Positions 14,028 to 28,181 are shown, counted from the stretch's first letter. The stretch: 64,000 nucleotides of DNA from Octopus vulgaris (GCA_951406725.2 OX597836.1:21576001-21640000); one strand, 5' to 3'. Translations and numbers: made by a program. The notes: generated by a model not told the origin, from the letters alone.

Positions 14028-14580
14028 CCCTGATGCAGTACCAGGCAGTGGTTCTCATGGCTTCTGATCTTAACTGATTGGAAGTGTCATCATGTACATT
14101 GTTTTGTCTTGGTATAAAAGATGGGCTACAGCAAATTTTCTGCTCAATACCACAGATTTGCTTGTCAGTTGTTTGACCTTAACCAGTTGAGCATGTCCCT
14201 TAGTGGCTGACAATACGTGCATCTCTGATCACGAGCAGAAGTAGTGGGGGAGCATCATAGCCATGTGTTGAGAGGGATTCTTTGGAGTTTGAATAATTCA
14301 CCTCTGGAAACATAGGTGTTTCGTTCAACATCCTAAAGCAACCCTTATTCAGGGACCTTTTGAGCAGGATGGGCTACTCGACCTGAAGAAAATTCTAACT
14401 GGGCCCCACCTGCAAGGTCATGTGCTGTTTATCTTGATATGAGATCACCATGTCGCGCACATATGGTTGTGATGCATGTGCCTGGTGTACCCTTATCAGA
14501 CGGGTAGTCATGATGGGTATGCTGGGCTTCGTATATTTTACCCCAGTGTCACTTTGGTGGCATGCACTGCTCTCTCACTC
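14025..14580. mobile_element. About 555-bp non-coding element inside (TAA)n; probably non-autonomous and microsatellite-targeted
   Basis: Sharp boundaries with (AAT)n on both sides, higher GC than flanks, no credible ORF. Confidence 0.6.
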
Positions 14581-14652
<72 letters not shown>

Positions 14653-14665
14653 CTTTTTACTAAAG

Positions 14666-14991
14666 CAGTGGTTCTCAACCGGGGTCCATATCAGAATTTT
14701 GTGGGCCCACACAACAAAATAGTAAATTGGAGATTCACAATAGTATTTTAAAGACCCCTAAAAAATTTTGCTTTAGATGTATGCATTGGTATGCATTGCT
14801 AGAAACAGCTGAGTTTCTTTCTCTAACGTTATACGTAGTTCAACTTACACAGGTTAATGTGTGAAAAACAAAATAGGGATTTTGAAAGAAGTTTCTATAA
14901 AGGTAGTTTTTGAACATCGATTGGCTATAAGGGTCTACCAGAAAATAGTAATCAAAGGGGTCCATAGACAAAAAGTGGTTGAGAACGCCTG
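14666..14991. mobile_element. hAT (Charlie/MER5-like) MITE
   Basis: TIRs CAGTGGTTCTCAACC and GGTTGAGAACGCCTG; 8-bp TSD TACTAAAG/TTCTAAAG. Confidence 0.85.
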
Positions 14992-15227
14992 TTCTAAAGG
15001 TACAAGGGCTGAAATTTGGGGGCTGGTGTGTAGTCGATTCACTTGTACTGAATAATAATAATAATAATGATATAGGCACAAGGCCTGAAATTTTGTTGAG
15101 AGGGCGTTTGTAGATTCCATCGACACCAGTTCTTGTCTGGCACTTATGTCCTCGATCCGGATGAAATAAGAACTTGATCTCTGTCTATCTGTTTCTCTCT
15201 GTCTCTGTCAGTCTGTCTGTCTGTCTG

Positions 15228-15300
<73 letters not shown>

Positions 15301-15304
15301 TTAT

Positions 15305-15430
15305 GTAGAAAAATACAAACTGGGACAAGAACGTAAAACATTTAGAAGACGATACAAAAAACACGGACGGGACATTCGAAGCCTTCAATCTTCAGTCAAG
15401 AACCGGATCAACGTAGCAATTTCGGCTGAC
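15305..15430 (-). repeat. TA-associated short repeat family G
   Basis: Related segments at 45503-45625 (+), 46620-46835 (+) and 60020-60176 (-), sharing CCGAAATTGC...CTGA.GA...CGAATG.CCCGTCC. Confidence 0.7.
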
Positions 15431-15450
15431 ACACACACACACATATATAC

Positions 15451-15481
<31 letters not shown>

Positions 15482-15855
15482 CTTAATTTTCAAGGAGAGA
15501 TCCAGAGAAATAGTTACCAGGGTTGCCTGATGTCACAGAAGCACTTTAAGATATTAGTATTAATTCCAAGGAGAGAGAGAGAGAGAGAGAGAAGAAAGAG
15601 AGGAGAAATGAGGATAAACTCAAGGTTATATTATAGCTCCCCGTATCGTTTCACCATTACGGTTGCTTGGAGCCGTGCAATGGTTGTTCCAAATATCCTT
15701 TGATGCTCAACCACAGCGGATCATCAGGGAAAACTTTATTGTCTTATGTTGCAAATTACAAACAGTACACAAATTTTACTATACACACACGCGTATATAT
15801 ACATACACATACATAAACATATACATATATACATACATATTATACATACACACTT

Positions 15856-15944
<89 letters not shown>

Positions 15945-16171
15945 TATATATATATATAATGTTTGTACTTGATTTATTACTGGCATCAACTCGTTTAGGC
16001 TAATTCTATATCTATCCCAGCTTCGATAGATGATTTGGTGTACTTTGTAAATAATATCAGCAGAAACACAAATGCTTTGCTTTCCTCTGTACTTGTGTGT
16101 GTGTGTGTGACTAAATGCGTGTCTGAATATCTATATCCATATTTCTACATTTCTAGCTATATATGCTTGTT

Positions 16172-16208
<37 letters not shown>

Positions 16209-16402
16209 GTATGTATGCATGCATGTATGTGTGTGTACGTGTGTGTGCGTGTGTACTCTTATGCATACAGATACACGGCCTACACATAGAGAGTAATGCA
16301 TTTATAGTCAAATATAAGTTTGTACATATGTATGTATGTGTTTGTGTATATATGTATGTATGCACGCATGTATGTATGTATGTTTGTGCGTATGTCTAAG
16401 CA

Positions 16403-16435
<33 letters not shown>

Positions 16436-17055
16436 GGCATACGGCATATGTATGTACGTGTGTATATACATGTATGTATATATGCATAAATGTACCTATG
16501 TATGTGTATGCATATACATGTATGTACTTATATATATATATATGTAGGAATATGTATGCATATATGATTATATACATAAGCATACGTAGCCCCTTTACAG
16601 CCTCGTTTTGGAAGATTATATGCAGAGGGATTTCTCTCCCTGCGTGGTCTTATTAACTATACCTGCAAGGCACGTTGAGTACAGAGACAGGCCCGGGGTG
16701 GGGGGCATGGCAGGTAATTGGGTAGGTCGGTAGGTAGGTAGGTATGTAGGTATGTATGTAGGTAGATAGGTAGGTAGAAAAATAGATATGTAAATAGGGA
16801 GAGAGGTAAAAGAAGGCAGGTTTGGGCTTTGTGTAACGAAAGCAAAACGGATGATGAACCGAATATGGAAGAGGTAACTGAAGCATGGCGAGAAAAGTAG
16901 ACACAGCGAGTAGAATGGCCCCTACGTATTCGATCGAAGTTCTAGAAATAGCAGCTAATTTTCCTTCAAATAACATCATGTGGTTTTGAAAAAATAAAAA
17001 GAAAAGTAACAGTTCTTTTGCTAATGTAGTTACGGGTACAGAGGGTACAGAATAC

Positions 17056-17235
17056 CTATTTCTTTACTACCCACAAGGGGCTAAACACAGAGAGGACAAA
17101 CAAGGACAGACAAACGGATTAAGTCGATTATATCGACCCCTGTGCGTAACTGGTACTTAATTTATCGACCCCGAAAGGATGAAAGGCAAAGTCGACCTCG
17201 GCGGAATTTGAACTCAGAACGTAACGGCAGACGAG
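17056..17235 (-). mobile_element. SINE family B single body unit
   Basis: Near-identical to the 184-bp unit; head absent. Confidence 0.88.
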
Positions 17236-17435
17236 GAGGAGAAGAAGAGTAAAATAAGACAAGATTGTCACGGTTGCAATGCTTTTGATCATTGGTTATT
17301 CATGGACCAGGGTTGACCTGGGGCAAATGACAACAACGTCAACCGTCATGCCACCATAATTGCCACTACCATGATGACGACAACTACCACTACAAGAAGA
17401 ACAGCAACAACAGTGGAAGCGCAATGGCCCAATGG

Positions 17436-17457
17436 TTAGGGTTAGGGTTAGGGTTAG
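17436..17457 (+). repeat. Interstitial telomeric repeat (TTAGGG)3TTAG
   Basis: Directly visible; extends the GGTTAGGG of a truncated family D head. Confidence 0.85.
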
Positions 17458-17586
17458 TCTGCACGCTAAAGAGTAAATAGCCAGGTAGATGGTCCACTAA
17501 AGTACCGAACAACTTCTAGCCTTCTGTAGATGTCGGACAGCTTCACCTCTTCTTCAAGACTTCACAGGTGTTCAGCAAGAACAACG

Positions 17587-17870
17587 GTGGAGACGCAATG
17601 GCCCAATAGTTAGGGCAGCGGACTCGCGGTCGGAGGATCGCGGTTTCGATTCCCAGACCGAGTGCTGTGTGTGTTTATTGAGCGCAAACTCCTAAAGCTC
17701 CACGAGGCTGCGGCAGAGGGTGGTAGCGACCCTTGTTGTACTCTTTCGCTCCAACTTTCTCTCGCTCTTTCTTCCTGTTTCTTGTCCTCGACTTCCTACG
17801 CAACCGCTGAGCCTGGATGCGCATTCATCCATCCGTCGATGCTCTCGGTGTCGGGGGTCTTACGAATAGC
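17587..17870 (+). mobile_element. SINE family D (tRNA-Arg-like head) with a variant tail
   Basis: GTGGAGACGCAATGGCCCAATAGTTAGGGCAGCGGACTCGCGGTC..GGTTTCGATTCCC; diverges from the 43129 copy after about 17780. Confidence 0.8.
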
Positions 17871-17968
17871 AAAGGACCACGTTTCGGACTTCTCCCATCT
17901 TGCGAGCTCTGGGACGAAGACCGTTCGTTCAACAGCAGCAACAACAACAACAACAACAACAGCTGCTG

Positions 17969-18009
<41 letters not shown>

Positions 18010-18670
18010 GGTTGTTTTTGCTTGGAACCCTTTATTTGGCTGCAATGAAAAAAAGCAGAAAGAAGGGTTGTTATGGGTTGTTGTGGAATTACTCTACCTA
18101 CAGCTGCGATCGACTTTAGTCAGTTAATAAAAAGCGTTATGCTCACTTTTGTATTACTTTTGGGACAAACTTCGTGTGTTGTGCATATGTATACACATGC
18201 ATACACACACACACACACACACAAACCTTTGATAAATTGAATGCTTTTTCTGTAATATTTTATATTGCTTAAAAACTTAAAATGCCTTCTTTTCCCCGAC
18301 GTCTTTACTTCACGTTCAACATTACTGTCTGAAGTGAAACCATTTGTTAGACCAAATACGACTCACAACTCCGAAAACAAAAAAAAAAAAAAGAAAATAC
18401 GAAATAAAATCAAGGCAAAAAAAGAAATGAGAAAAAAATGAACGCATTTAGCCACCCTTTTTACGGAATAACTTTGACCATCACACAAACCAAAATATCG
18501 TTACATTAATAACTCTAAGCCTGACGGGACAACTTTGATCACTACTAAAACCAGTATATATCACGTTAATAACTAATCATTTGGGAATGTTTTTGATTAT
18601 CAAAGAAACCATTATGTTAATGGCCTCAACCATTAAGACACGCCGCCGCACTCTGGGTGTTATGGATTAA

Positions 18671-19334
18671 CCATTTAGCATTCAGGTTATTCTGTCAAAT
18701 GCAATACTTCTTTTATCTTTTATCTTTCACTTGTTTCAGTCATTAGACTGCGGCCATGCTGGAGCACCGCTTTGAAGAATTTTTAGTCGAACAAATCGAT
18801 CCCCGCTACTTGTTAGTTATTTATTATTTCTTTTTTTTTGCAAAGTCTGGTACTTATTCTATCGGTGTCTTTTTGCCGAGCCGCTATGTTATGGGGATGT
18901 AATCACACCAACACCGGTCGTCAAGGTGGTGGTGAGGGACAAACACCCACACAATGCCACACACATACATATGTATTCGACTCGCTTCTTTCAGTTTCCG
19001 TTACCCAAACCGACAAGCTTTGGTGAGCCCGAGGCCACAGTCCATAGTCTATAGTAGAAGACACTTGTCCAAAATGCCAGGCAGTGGGACTGAACCTGGA
19101 CCCATGTGGTTGGGAAGCAAACTTCATACCATACAGCCACGCCTGCGCCTATATTCATTCACCTTCTTTCGAATTAATCATGCATCATCTCATAGCTTCG
19201 AGATTTCGATGATCTGATTGTGCATCTTGGGAGTGACATTGTAGGGTAGGTGTGAGAAGCTTGATGTGGTCTGTTTGAACGATAAAATGGGTAGAATATG
19301 CGGGCATGATGCAGCCAGTTTAAGTGCTAAAGGG
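18671..19334. mobile_element. piggyBac-type MITE containing a nested SINE A
   Basis: TTAA-CCATTTAGCA ... TGCTAAAGGG-TTAA; right terminus duplicated near 19346-19367. Confidence 0.78.
18710..19149 (-). mobile_element. SINE family A nested in the piggyBac MITE
   Basis: Full head and tail on the minus strand. Confidence 0.85.
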
Positions 19335-20127
19335 TTAAGCCTTAAGTTTAAGTGCTTAAGGGTTAATCTTTGGGAAATCTATGTCTAACGTTTCTGTGTC
19401 ATGGCTTAAGTATTTTGAAAACTGATTTGATGAAGGGCTTGGTTGCTGCTATTTCTAACACATTCAGCTACCATCCAGAGGCTACCGCTTTTGGTTCAGC
19501 TGTTATAAATTAAAGAGGCAGCTGTTCTGAAGCAGTAAGTATGAAGTAAATTTACCCCCGTGACGCGGTTTCGATTCCCTGTGGAGGCTGTTTCTCTCAG
19601 CGAACATACCAACAAGATAAATATCCTTACCACATATGGACAAAGATGGCTACATGCGTGCGCACGCGCGCGTGCGTGTGCGTGCGTTCGCGTGTGTGTG
19701 TGCATTTGTATATGTATGCGTTTGGGGGCTTGTATATTTGCTAGTCAGTGTGCGTATATATGTGTGTGAGTGTGTGTGAGTGTGTGTATGTGTATATGGG
19801 TGTATGCGTGTGTGTGAGATAGAGAGAGGAAAAGAATCAGATAGAATATGTGTGTGAATATGTGTGTAGGTGTCTATGAGTATGCACCTGTTTGCGTACG
19901 TATGTGTGTGTGCGTGTGTGTGTGCGTGTGTGTGTGTGGGTGAATGAGAAGTAACCTATGTATGAGTATGTATGCGAATGTGTGTTTGTGATTATAAGAG
20001 AGAAAGAAAGAAAGAAAGAAGGACGGACACACTATACGCGTGTGTGTGTATCTATGCATATATGTGTGTGCGTAAATATTTGCATGTGCATGTGTTTGTT
20101 TACGTACGAGTGTTAGTGAGTGCTTTT

Positions 20128-20657
20128 GAGAGAATGAGAGAGAAAGAAAGAAAAAAGGGAAAGAGAAGCGAGAGAGAAAGAGAAGCGAGAGAGAAAGAGA
20201 GAGAAAAACTAGATAGGGAGAGAAAAAGAGAGAGAAACTAGATAGGGAGAGAAAGAGAGAGAGAAACTAGATAGAAAGAGAAAGAGAGAGAGAGAGAAGC
20301 TAGATAGGGAGAGAAAGAGAGAGAAAGAGAGAGAAAAGAGAAAGAGAAGCGAGAGAGAAAGAGAAGCGAGAGAGAAAGAGAGAGAAAAACTAGATAGGGA
20401 GAGAAAAAGAGAGAGAAACTAGATAGGGAGAGAAAGAGAGAGAGAAACTAGATAGGGAGAGAAAGAGAGAGAGAGAAGCTAGATAGGGAGAGAAAGAGAG
20501 AGAAAGAGAGAGAAAAGAGAAAGAGAAGCGACAGAGAGAGAAAGAGAGAGAGAAACTAGATAGGGAAAGAAAGAGAGAGAGTGAAACTAGATAGAGAGAG
20601 AATGAGAGAGAAAAGAGAAAGAGAAGCGAGAGAGAGAGAGAGAGAGAAAGGGAGAGA
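20128..20657. repeat. GA-rich minisatellite (unit like GAGAGAAACTAGATAGGGAGAGAAA)
   Basis: About nine CTAGATAG-anchored units in a polypurine tract. Confidence 0.9.
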
Positions 20658-20747
20658 CGGACTGATTACGCACGTATTTGTGTCTGTGTGTGTATATGCA
20701 CGTTTGTATGTTTGTGTGGAGGCAAGTGCGTGCATCAGTGTTTGTGT

Positions 20748-20839
<92 letters not shown>

Positions 20840-21009
20840 CTGTGTGTAAGAGGATATTTGATAAGTGGGCAGTCTCTCTCTGGGGTTTCCGTTAGCCTAC
20901 TCATTATTAGCTCATCAGTTGGCTAATGAGGACTATACTTTGTAACCTTAACTACAGAAGCTGTCGACATTTTATGCACCGCCAACACTAACACCGTTAC
21001 TAACAGCGT

Positions 21010-21272
21010 CACCAAAACCACCACCACAAACCACCACCACCACCTCCACTGCCACTACCGCAGCAACCACCACCACCGCAAACACCACCACCACCACCAC
21101 TACCACCAACACCACCACCAACACCACCACAACTACCACCACCACCACGACCACAGCAACCACCACCACCGCAAACACCACCACCACAAACCACCACCAC
21201 CACCTCCACTACCAACACCACAACCGCTATCACTACCACCACCAACACCACCAACTACTACTACTACTACTG

Positions 21273-21312
<40 letters not shown>

Positions 21313-21330
21313 CACAACTACTACTACCAA
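21010..21330. repeat. (CCA)/(CTA) compound microsatellite
   Basis: Directly visible. Confidence 0.9.
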
Positions 21331-22159
21331 CGCCAGCACTAGCAACCGTGCCATCTTTACTGCTAATGTCGCCACTACTAGCATATACAACCAATACCAT
21401 CTCCAGCCCCTCAGTATCTCTACCACCAATTTCACAATCCCTATAATCATTACAGTTAATAACGAGAGAGAAATAGCAATCAAATCTTCTTCAAGAAGCA
21501 CACCACCACCACCACCACCACCACCGCCACCACCACCACCACCACCACCATAACCATCTCCACGACCTCCACTGTTACGATCACTTCCACGCTTGGAATT
21601 CAAATGACCACCATACCGTAATCAGATGTCTTCCAACCGTGAACATCCTGTCTTTTTCCAAGCATACTGTAAATAGAACTAAAACAGCTAAGATGACATT
21701 TATTTATCTCGGTCCCCGCCTCTCTTTGTCTCTCTGTCTCTCTGTATGCATACATATAAATTTATATACATGCACATATACACACATACATATATATGTG
21801 AAGTAGAACAAAACAAGAGAGTTTGTTTATGTATTACTTAGTTACATTATCTTACGTGTATTTTATTAACAATCAGTTTATAAGGAAAACACTAATAAGT
21901 TGATTGTATTGTCAAATCATCCGAGAATGTGTAACTCTCAATATTCACTTTTAGCATCCATAGTGGACTGTCATCATTTTATCGCATACACTAATACATG
22001 TCCTCGCAGTTTCTCATTCGATATACATGAAGTTCTAAATACTGGTCATTTGTCATGCGACTTAAATTTGAATCGCACCATTCTATATAATATAATTTCC
22101 CGTTGAAGTAGACATATCAGTTCAGTTTTTCGCTGAACGACCTGCACAAGTGATTTGTG

Positions 22160-22380
22160 TACAGTATTCAAATGTATAGGCTGTACATTAGATCACTCCC
22201 TTCCATCAAATCGACATTGCCTTTACAGGTGCATAAGTGTGCCACACGTCAGATGTCGAAATGTTCGTAGAGCAATGTCAAATGAAGTGTTTTGCTGAAG
22301 AACACGTGTCACCCGGTACGGGAATCGAATCAATGACCTAGCGGTCATGAGTGCGACAACCTGACCACAAGACCACGCCC

Positions 22381-22382
<2 letters not shown>
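22160..22382 (-). mobile_element. SINE family C head with an alternative tail
   Basis: ATGAAGTGTTTTGCT..AGAACAC..GGAATCGAA; similar copy at 56880-57160. Confidence 0.65.
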
Positions 22383-22419
<37 letters not shown>

Positions 22420-23267
22420 GAATATATATATCATTTCTGGAACGGTGAATTTTGAAGCAGACAATGCTTGTAAATATTGGGTAAAACAATCCTTTGGATA
22501 GAAAGAATCTGTTCGTGGGACTCGCGCTCATATTCCCTGAAATCCTGATATGTCTTCTGCTATTGAACCAAAGCAATTCCTCAAACTCCTCGCCCCATTT
22601 TAGAAACTTTTTCTTACCAGTGAGAGTTGTATGTTGTTTACACCAGAAGAATTTAGAAACTTCGAGAGAACGTGAAATAATTCATTTTTAGAACGGCGTA
22701 ATATAAATATAATAAATATGTTCTCTGCAAAATATATTGCGGAATCCTTCAACTAATTCGAAATTGTGTTTTTTTACTATAACTCACAAAAAGCAACGTA
22801 AATACACACACACGCACACACACACACAAACGCACACACACACACAAGCACACACACATTCAAGCACACAAGCACACACACACACACACACACACACACA
22901 AGCACACGCACACACACACACTCAAGCACACAAGCACACACACACACAAGCACTCACACACACGCTCGCACACACGCTCGCACACACGCACACACACACA
23001 CAAACACACGCACACGCACACACACACACACACAAGCACACACACACTCAAGCACACACACACAAACACAAGCACTCACACACACGCTCGCACACACGCA
23101 CACACACACACACACAAGCACACACACACACACAAATACACACACACAAATTACGGAGAATATCCCACGAAAGAAATATGAGATATCATAAACGTCTAGA
23201 CTTATAGTCACTCTTCGTGTTGTTGATATGTTTCTGAGTACCATTAATTTCTCTGACGTCACATTCA

Positions 23268-23312
23268 CTAATTTATGTTTTTTTTCTTTTTCTTTGTCCA
23301 TTGCAGGTAAGT
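23268..23312 (+). promoter_or_regulatory. Candidate recursive splice site (ratchet point)
   Basis: Branch-like CTAAT at 23268-23272, AG-free pyrimidine tract, TTGCAG|GTAAGT at 23301-23312. Confidence 0.55.
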
Positions 23313-23518
23313 TCCACTTTGAATCTGACTTTACCTTGGAGCATCATCGACAACTGAACCGGTATAAGTAAACTAGACTCGTTGCACGTCTTTTGTATGA
23401 CTGAATTGAAGTATGTAAGTATGTATGTATGTATGTATGTATGTATGTATGTATGTATGTATGTATGTATGTATGTATGTATATACATATATATATATAT
23501 ATATCTAAATATATAAAT

Positions 23519-23601
<83 letters not shown>

Positions 23602-23720
23602 ATATATGTACGTATGTATGTATACACATAAATGCAAAAAAAAAGATGGAAAAAAAGTAATACTCGAACACCAAAGGTAGAGTAAAATGCTTCTTATTAA
23701 AGCTGAAAAAAATTCTTCAC

Positions 23721-23798
23721 AAACTGATTCTCAGAGTTTCATGTTACCGCTCGTCAGTCGGTATGATCACAACTGTCCGACGAACGGTAACTGAAACT
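23721..23798. ncRNA. Back-to-back inverted pair of decayed hammerhead motifs
   Basis: Minus: CTGACGA-GCGGTAACAT-GAAA-CTCTGAG. Plus: AACTGT-CCGACGA-ACGGTAACT-GAAA-CT, cut off by SINE D. Confidence 0.5.
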
Positions 23799-24283
23799 GG
23801 AGGCGCGATGGCCCAGTGCTTAGGGCAGTGGACTCACGGTCGTAGGTTCGCGATTTCCATTCCCAGACCAGGCATTGTGAGTGTTTATTGAGGCTCCGGT
23901 AGGGGGTGGTGGTGAACCCTCTTGTACTCTTTCACCACAATTTTCTCTCACTCTTTCTTACTGTTTCTGTTGTACCTGTATTTCAAAGGACCAGCCTTGT
24001 CACACTCTGTGTCACGCCGAAACTCCCCGAGAACTACGTTAAGGGTGCACGTGTCTGTGGAGTGCTCAGCAACTTGCACGTTAATAAATGAGCTGCCACG
24101 TCACAGGTGCCAAGCTGTATCGGCCCTTTGACTTTCCCTTGGATAACATCGGTGGCGTGGAGAGGGGAGGCTGGTATGCATGGACCACTGTTGGTCTTCC
24201 ATAAACAACCTTGCCCAGTCTTGTGCCTCGGAGGGTAACTTTCCAGGTGTAATTCCATGGTCATTCATGACCGAAGGAGGTCA
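23798..24283 (+). mobile_element. SINE family D with an extra, different 3' module
   Basis: Matches the 43129 copy to about 24084, then an unrelated 200-bp tail ending CATGACCGAAGGAGGTC. Confidence 0.8.
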
Positions 24284-24305
24284 CAATATATATATATATT
24301 CAAAA

Positions 24306-24505
24306 TGTGACCGTGTATGTATCGTTGGCGATATTTTTTCCTCCGTCTTCCCTTCCTTGAATCTTTTCATTTCCTATGTTTCTGACGAAGAGCTCCGCTC
24401 GAAACGTTAAATCATCCTTCTTTCTTTCCTTTCCTGAGTGTCCAATGACACTATACTCGTTCCACATCCTCACGTTGTTGTGTTTTCATGTTTGGATTAA
24501 CTTTA
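24306..24505 (+). mobile_element. Short Penelope-like fragment with minimal hammerhead (family H1)
   Basis: 24378-24412 GTTT-CTGACGA-A-GAGC-TCC-GCTC-GAAA-CG-TT-AAAT; element ends TTGGATTAACT then (TA)n. Confidence 0.7.
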
Positions 24506-24949
24506 TATATATATATTTCACTTATGCATAGCAATACTAGTAATCTGGTGTCAGATCTCGACACACATGTGCTTCAAAATAAAGTGTTAGTCCAGTAGTA
24601 CAGAGCATCTGAGCATAATATAACATTAAATAAATAGAGATTTTGAAGCTCTTAGGAAGCTATAAACTGACGCTCAAGCACTCAGTTCGTAATCTTTGAA
24701 ATGCCTATTCTCTCGATATAAATTTTTTTGTTAGAGATAATGTTTATCTTTTTTTCCTATTTCAGCATCCTCATAACAATATTGCTCCTCCTCCTCCTCC
24801 TCCTCCTCTTCATCATCATCATCATCATCATCATCATCTTAATTATTATGAACCACCGTCATCACCCTCCTTATTTTCTTTCTCCTGATCACCGCCACCA
24901 CCATCGCCGCCGCCACCGCCACCACCACCGTGCACGACTAACACCATGA

Positions 24950-25059
24950 CTACTACCACAACTACTAGCTAGTACTAGCACCGACACTACCACCACCACA
25001 AACGACTGATAATAGCACTACCACCTGTGTCACCCATACCAACATTACTATCAATACAG

Positions 25060-25112
<53 letters not shown>

Positions 25113-25168
25113 GCTACCGTCACTACTACTACTACTACTATTACTACTACTACTACTACTACTACTAT

Positions 25169-25212
<44 letters not shown>

Positions 25213-25213
25213 T

Positions 25214-25248
<35 letters not shown>

Positions 25249-25480
25249 TTACTACTACTACTACTATTACTACTACCACCATCACCATCACTACTACTAC
25301 TACTACTACTACTACCACCGTCACTACTACTACCATCACCATCACTACTACTACTACTACTATCACCGTCACTACTACTACCATCACCATCACTACTACT
25401 ACTACCACTACTACCACCGTCACTACTACTACTACTACTACTACTTCTACTACTTCTACTACTACTACTACTACTACTAA
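24950..25480. repeat. (CTA)n compound microsatellite
   Basis: Directly visible; source of poly-L/V/S ORFs. Confidence 0.95.
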
Positions 25481-25714
25481 AACAACCATTACATTCCACT
25501 GCTAATGCATCATCTTGTCCCATTCCGCCAACCACCACCAGAGTCACCCTTACCTTTACTATCATAATTGTTACATATTTGTTGATTTTTTTTTCAATTA
25601 GCTTTTATTAGTTACCATGACAACGTTTACGTTAATGAGACGAAAATTTCAGAGAAAATGAAATCATACACACGATTACACGCCACATTCAAAAATGCAC
25701 ACACACTCTCTCTC

Positions 25715-25778
<64 letters not shown>

Positions 25779-25974
25779 ACACACACACCCACCCACACAC
25801 CCACACTAGTATATGTATGTAATGAATGTATAAATATTTATGTGGGTGTGTATATATATACATACATACATACATATATACATACATACATACATACATG
25901 CATACACACATTCATCCATACATACATATATATAATACACACACACGGACACACACATACGGACACACACACAC

Positions 25975-26019
<45 letters not shown>

Positions 26020-26386
26020 AACGCTTTTTATCCTGTTTTTAAATGTCCATTATTGATTCGATTTCTCGATATAAATGTAGCGGTTATTTGCCTTCAGTTT
26101 TCAAAACCGACACCACCTTCATCTTTTTATTCTAATTACTTTGTTTGCTGGTTAGTTTCTTTCTTTCTTTGTGTCTTCCTTCCTTCCTTCCTTTCTCTTT
26201 TTCTTTCTCTTTTTCTTTCTTTTCTTCTTTCTTTCTTTCATTTTTTTTAGTTTGATAGACGAAATCAAGGTTTACCAATATTTTTTTGGTTTTGCAAACA
26301 TCTTTCTTCGACTTTCCTTACATTTCTTAAGGATGGCGCCATTCCCTTATAAGTTACGTCACCTGTGTGTATATACATAGCAATTT

Positions 26387-26436
<50 letters not shown>

Positions 26437-26479
26437 ATAATTATAAATATATATGTGTGAATGCATGTATGTATGTATG

Positions 26480-26860
<381 letters not shown>

Positions 26861-26892
26861 TATATATATATATATAAGAGAAAAAAAATAAT

Positions 26893-27406
26893 GATAATGG
26901 TGTCATTGAGACCCAAGGTGTCAAGTAATGCTGAATAAGTGCTATAGACAGACCATAGTTAAGTTCCAGATTCGGTAACATTGCGAATGAAGGGTTCAAC
27001 GTTGGTTCTATGTCAGCGTGTGTATATAAGAATTTTTTGCGTAATAAGATAAAAAACCAAGGTTGTGTAGATATTAGAGCATTTATAGATAGAAGGTCTT
27101 ACAGCTGTTTCCAGGATATTTATTAATTATATCCCTTCATCGGAGACGGTGTGAGAGGATAGTTAAGTCATAGTTAGTTCAGATGTGATACAAAATGGAA
27201 TGTTAGGTAGAGGAAAGAAAATAGATGCAAGATATGTATGATTTTTTATCTTATTACGCAAAAAATTGTTATATACACACGCTGACATAGAACCAACGTT
27301 GAACCCTTTATTCGCAATATTACCGAAACTGGAACTTAACTATGGTCTGTCTATAGCACTTATTATAGCATTACCTGACACCTTGGGTCTCAATGACACC
27401 ATTATC
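26893..27406. mobile_element. Fold-back element (about 164-bp arms) with a minus-strand hammerhead in the spacer
   Basis: Arms 26893-27056 and 27242-27406; minus 27147-27096 GTCT-CCGATGA-AGGGATAT..ATATCCTG-GAAA-CAGCTG-TA-AGAC; (TA)n on both sides. Confidence 0.75.
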
Positions 27407-27445
27407 TCTTATATATATATATATATATATATAATAATAATAATG

Positions 27446-27496
<51 letters not shown>

Positions 27497-27587
27497 TTAG
27501 GGAGTATGTCCAAACTTACAGGGAAAAATTAGATTTAAGATTAAATCAAATTTCACAGTATAAATATAATAGTGGTTTTATCTCTAA

Positions 27588-27645
<58 letters not shown>

Positions 27646-27646
27646 G

Positions 27647-27702
<56 letters not shown>

Positions 27703-28104
27703 TCTTTAAGTTCGTTTATCGGAAACGTTTTTGAGCGCGTTCATAGAAAGCTGCTCTGCTACTTTTTCCGGTTACCGCCTATTGTTCCGATCTTCCAGAG
27801 TAATTTTATGGAATGTTTATTTTGTCTGGTGCCGCTATAGCGGAGGGTGAATATTAGTAATAGCGAGAAATTTTGAATGGAAATTCATAAATTCCTTAAT
27901 GGATTGCTACGTACGTTTCCACATAGCACATGTTTCTGGGTGTTGCATTTCCCCATCCATAGGACATTACAGATATGAGAGGAGTGCAGCCAAAAGTATG
28001 TGGCTTGTGGAAACGTACGTAGCAATGCATTAAAGAATTTATGAATTTCCATACAAAACTTCTCGTTATTGCTATGTGTATAGACACATACATACATACA
28101 TACA

Positions 28105-28137
<33 letters not shown>

Positions 28138-28181
28138 TCGCACACACACACACTCATATACACGCGTGCGCACACACATGC

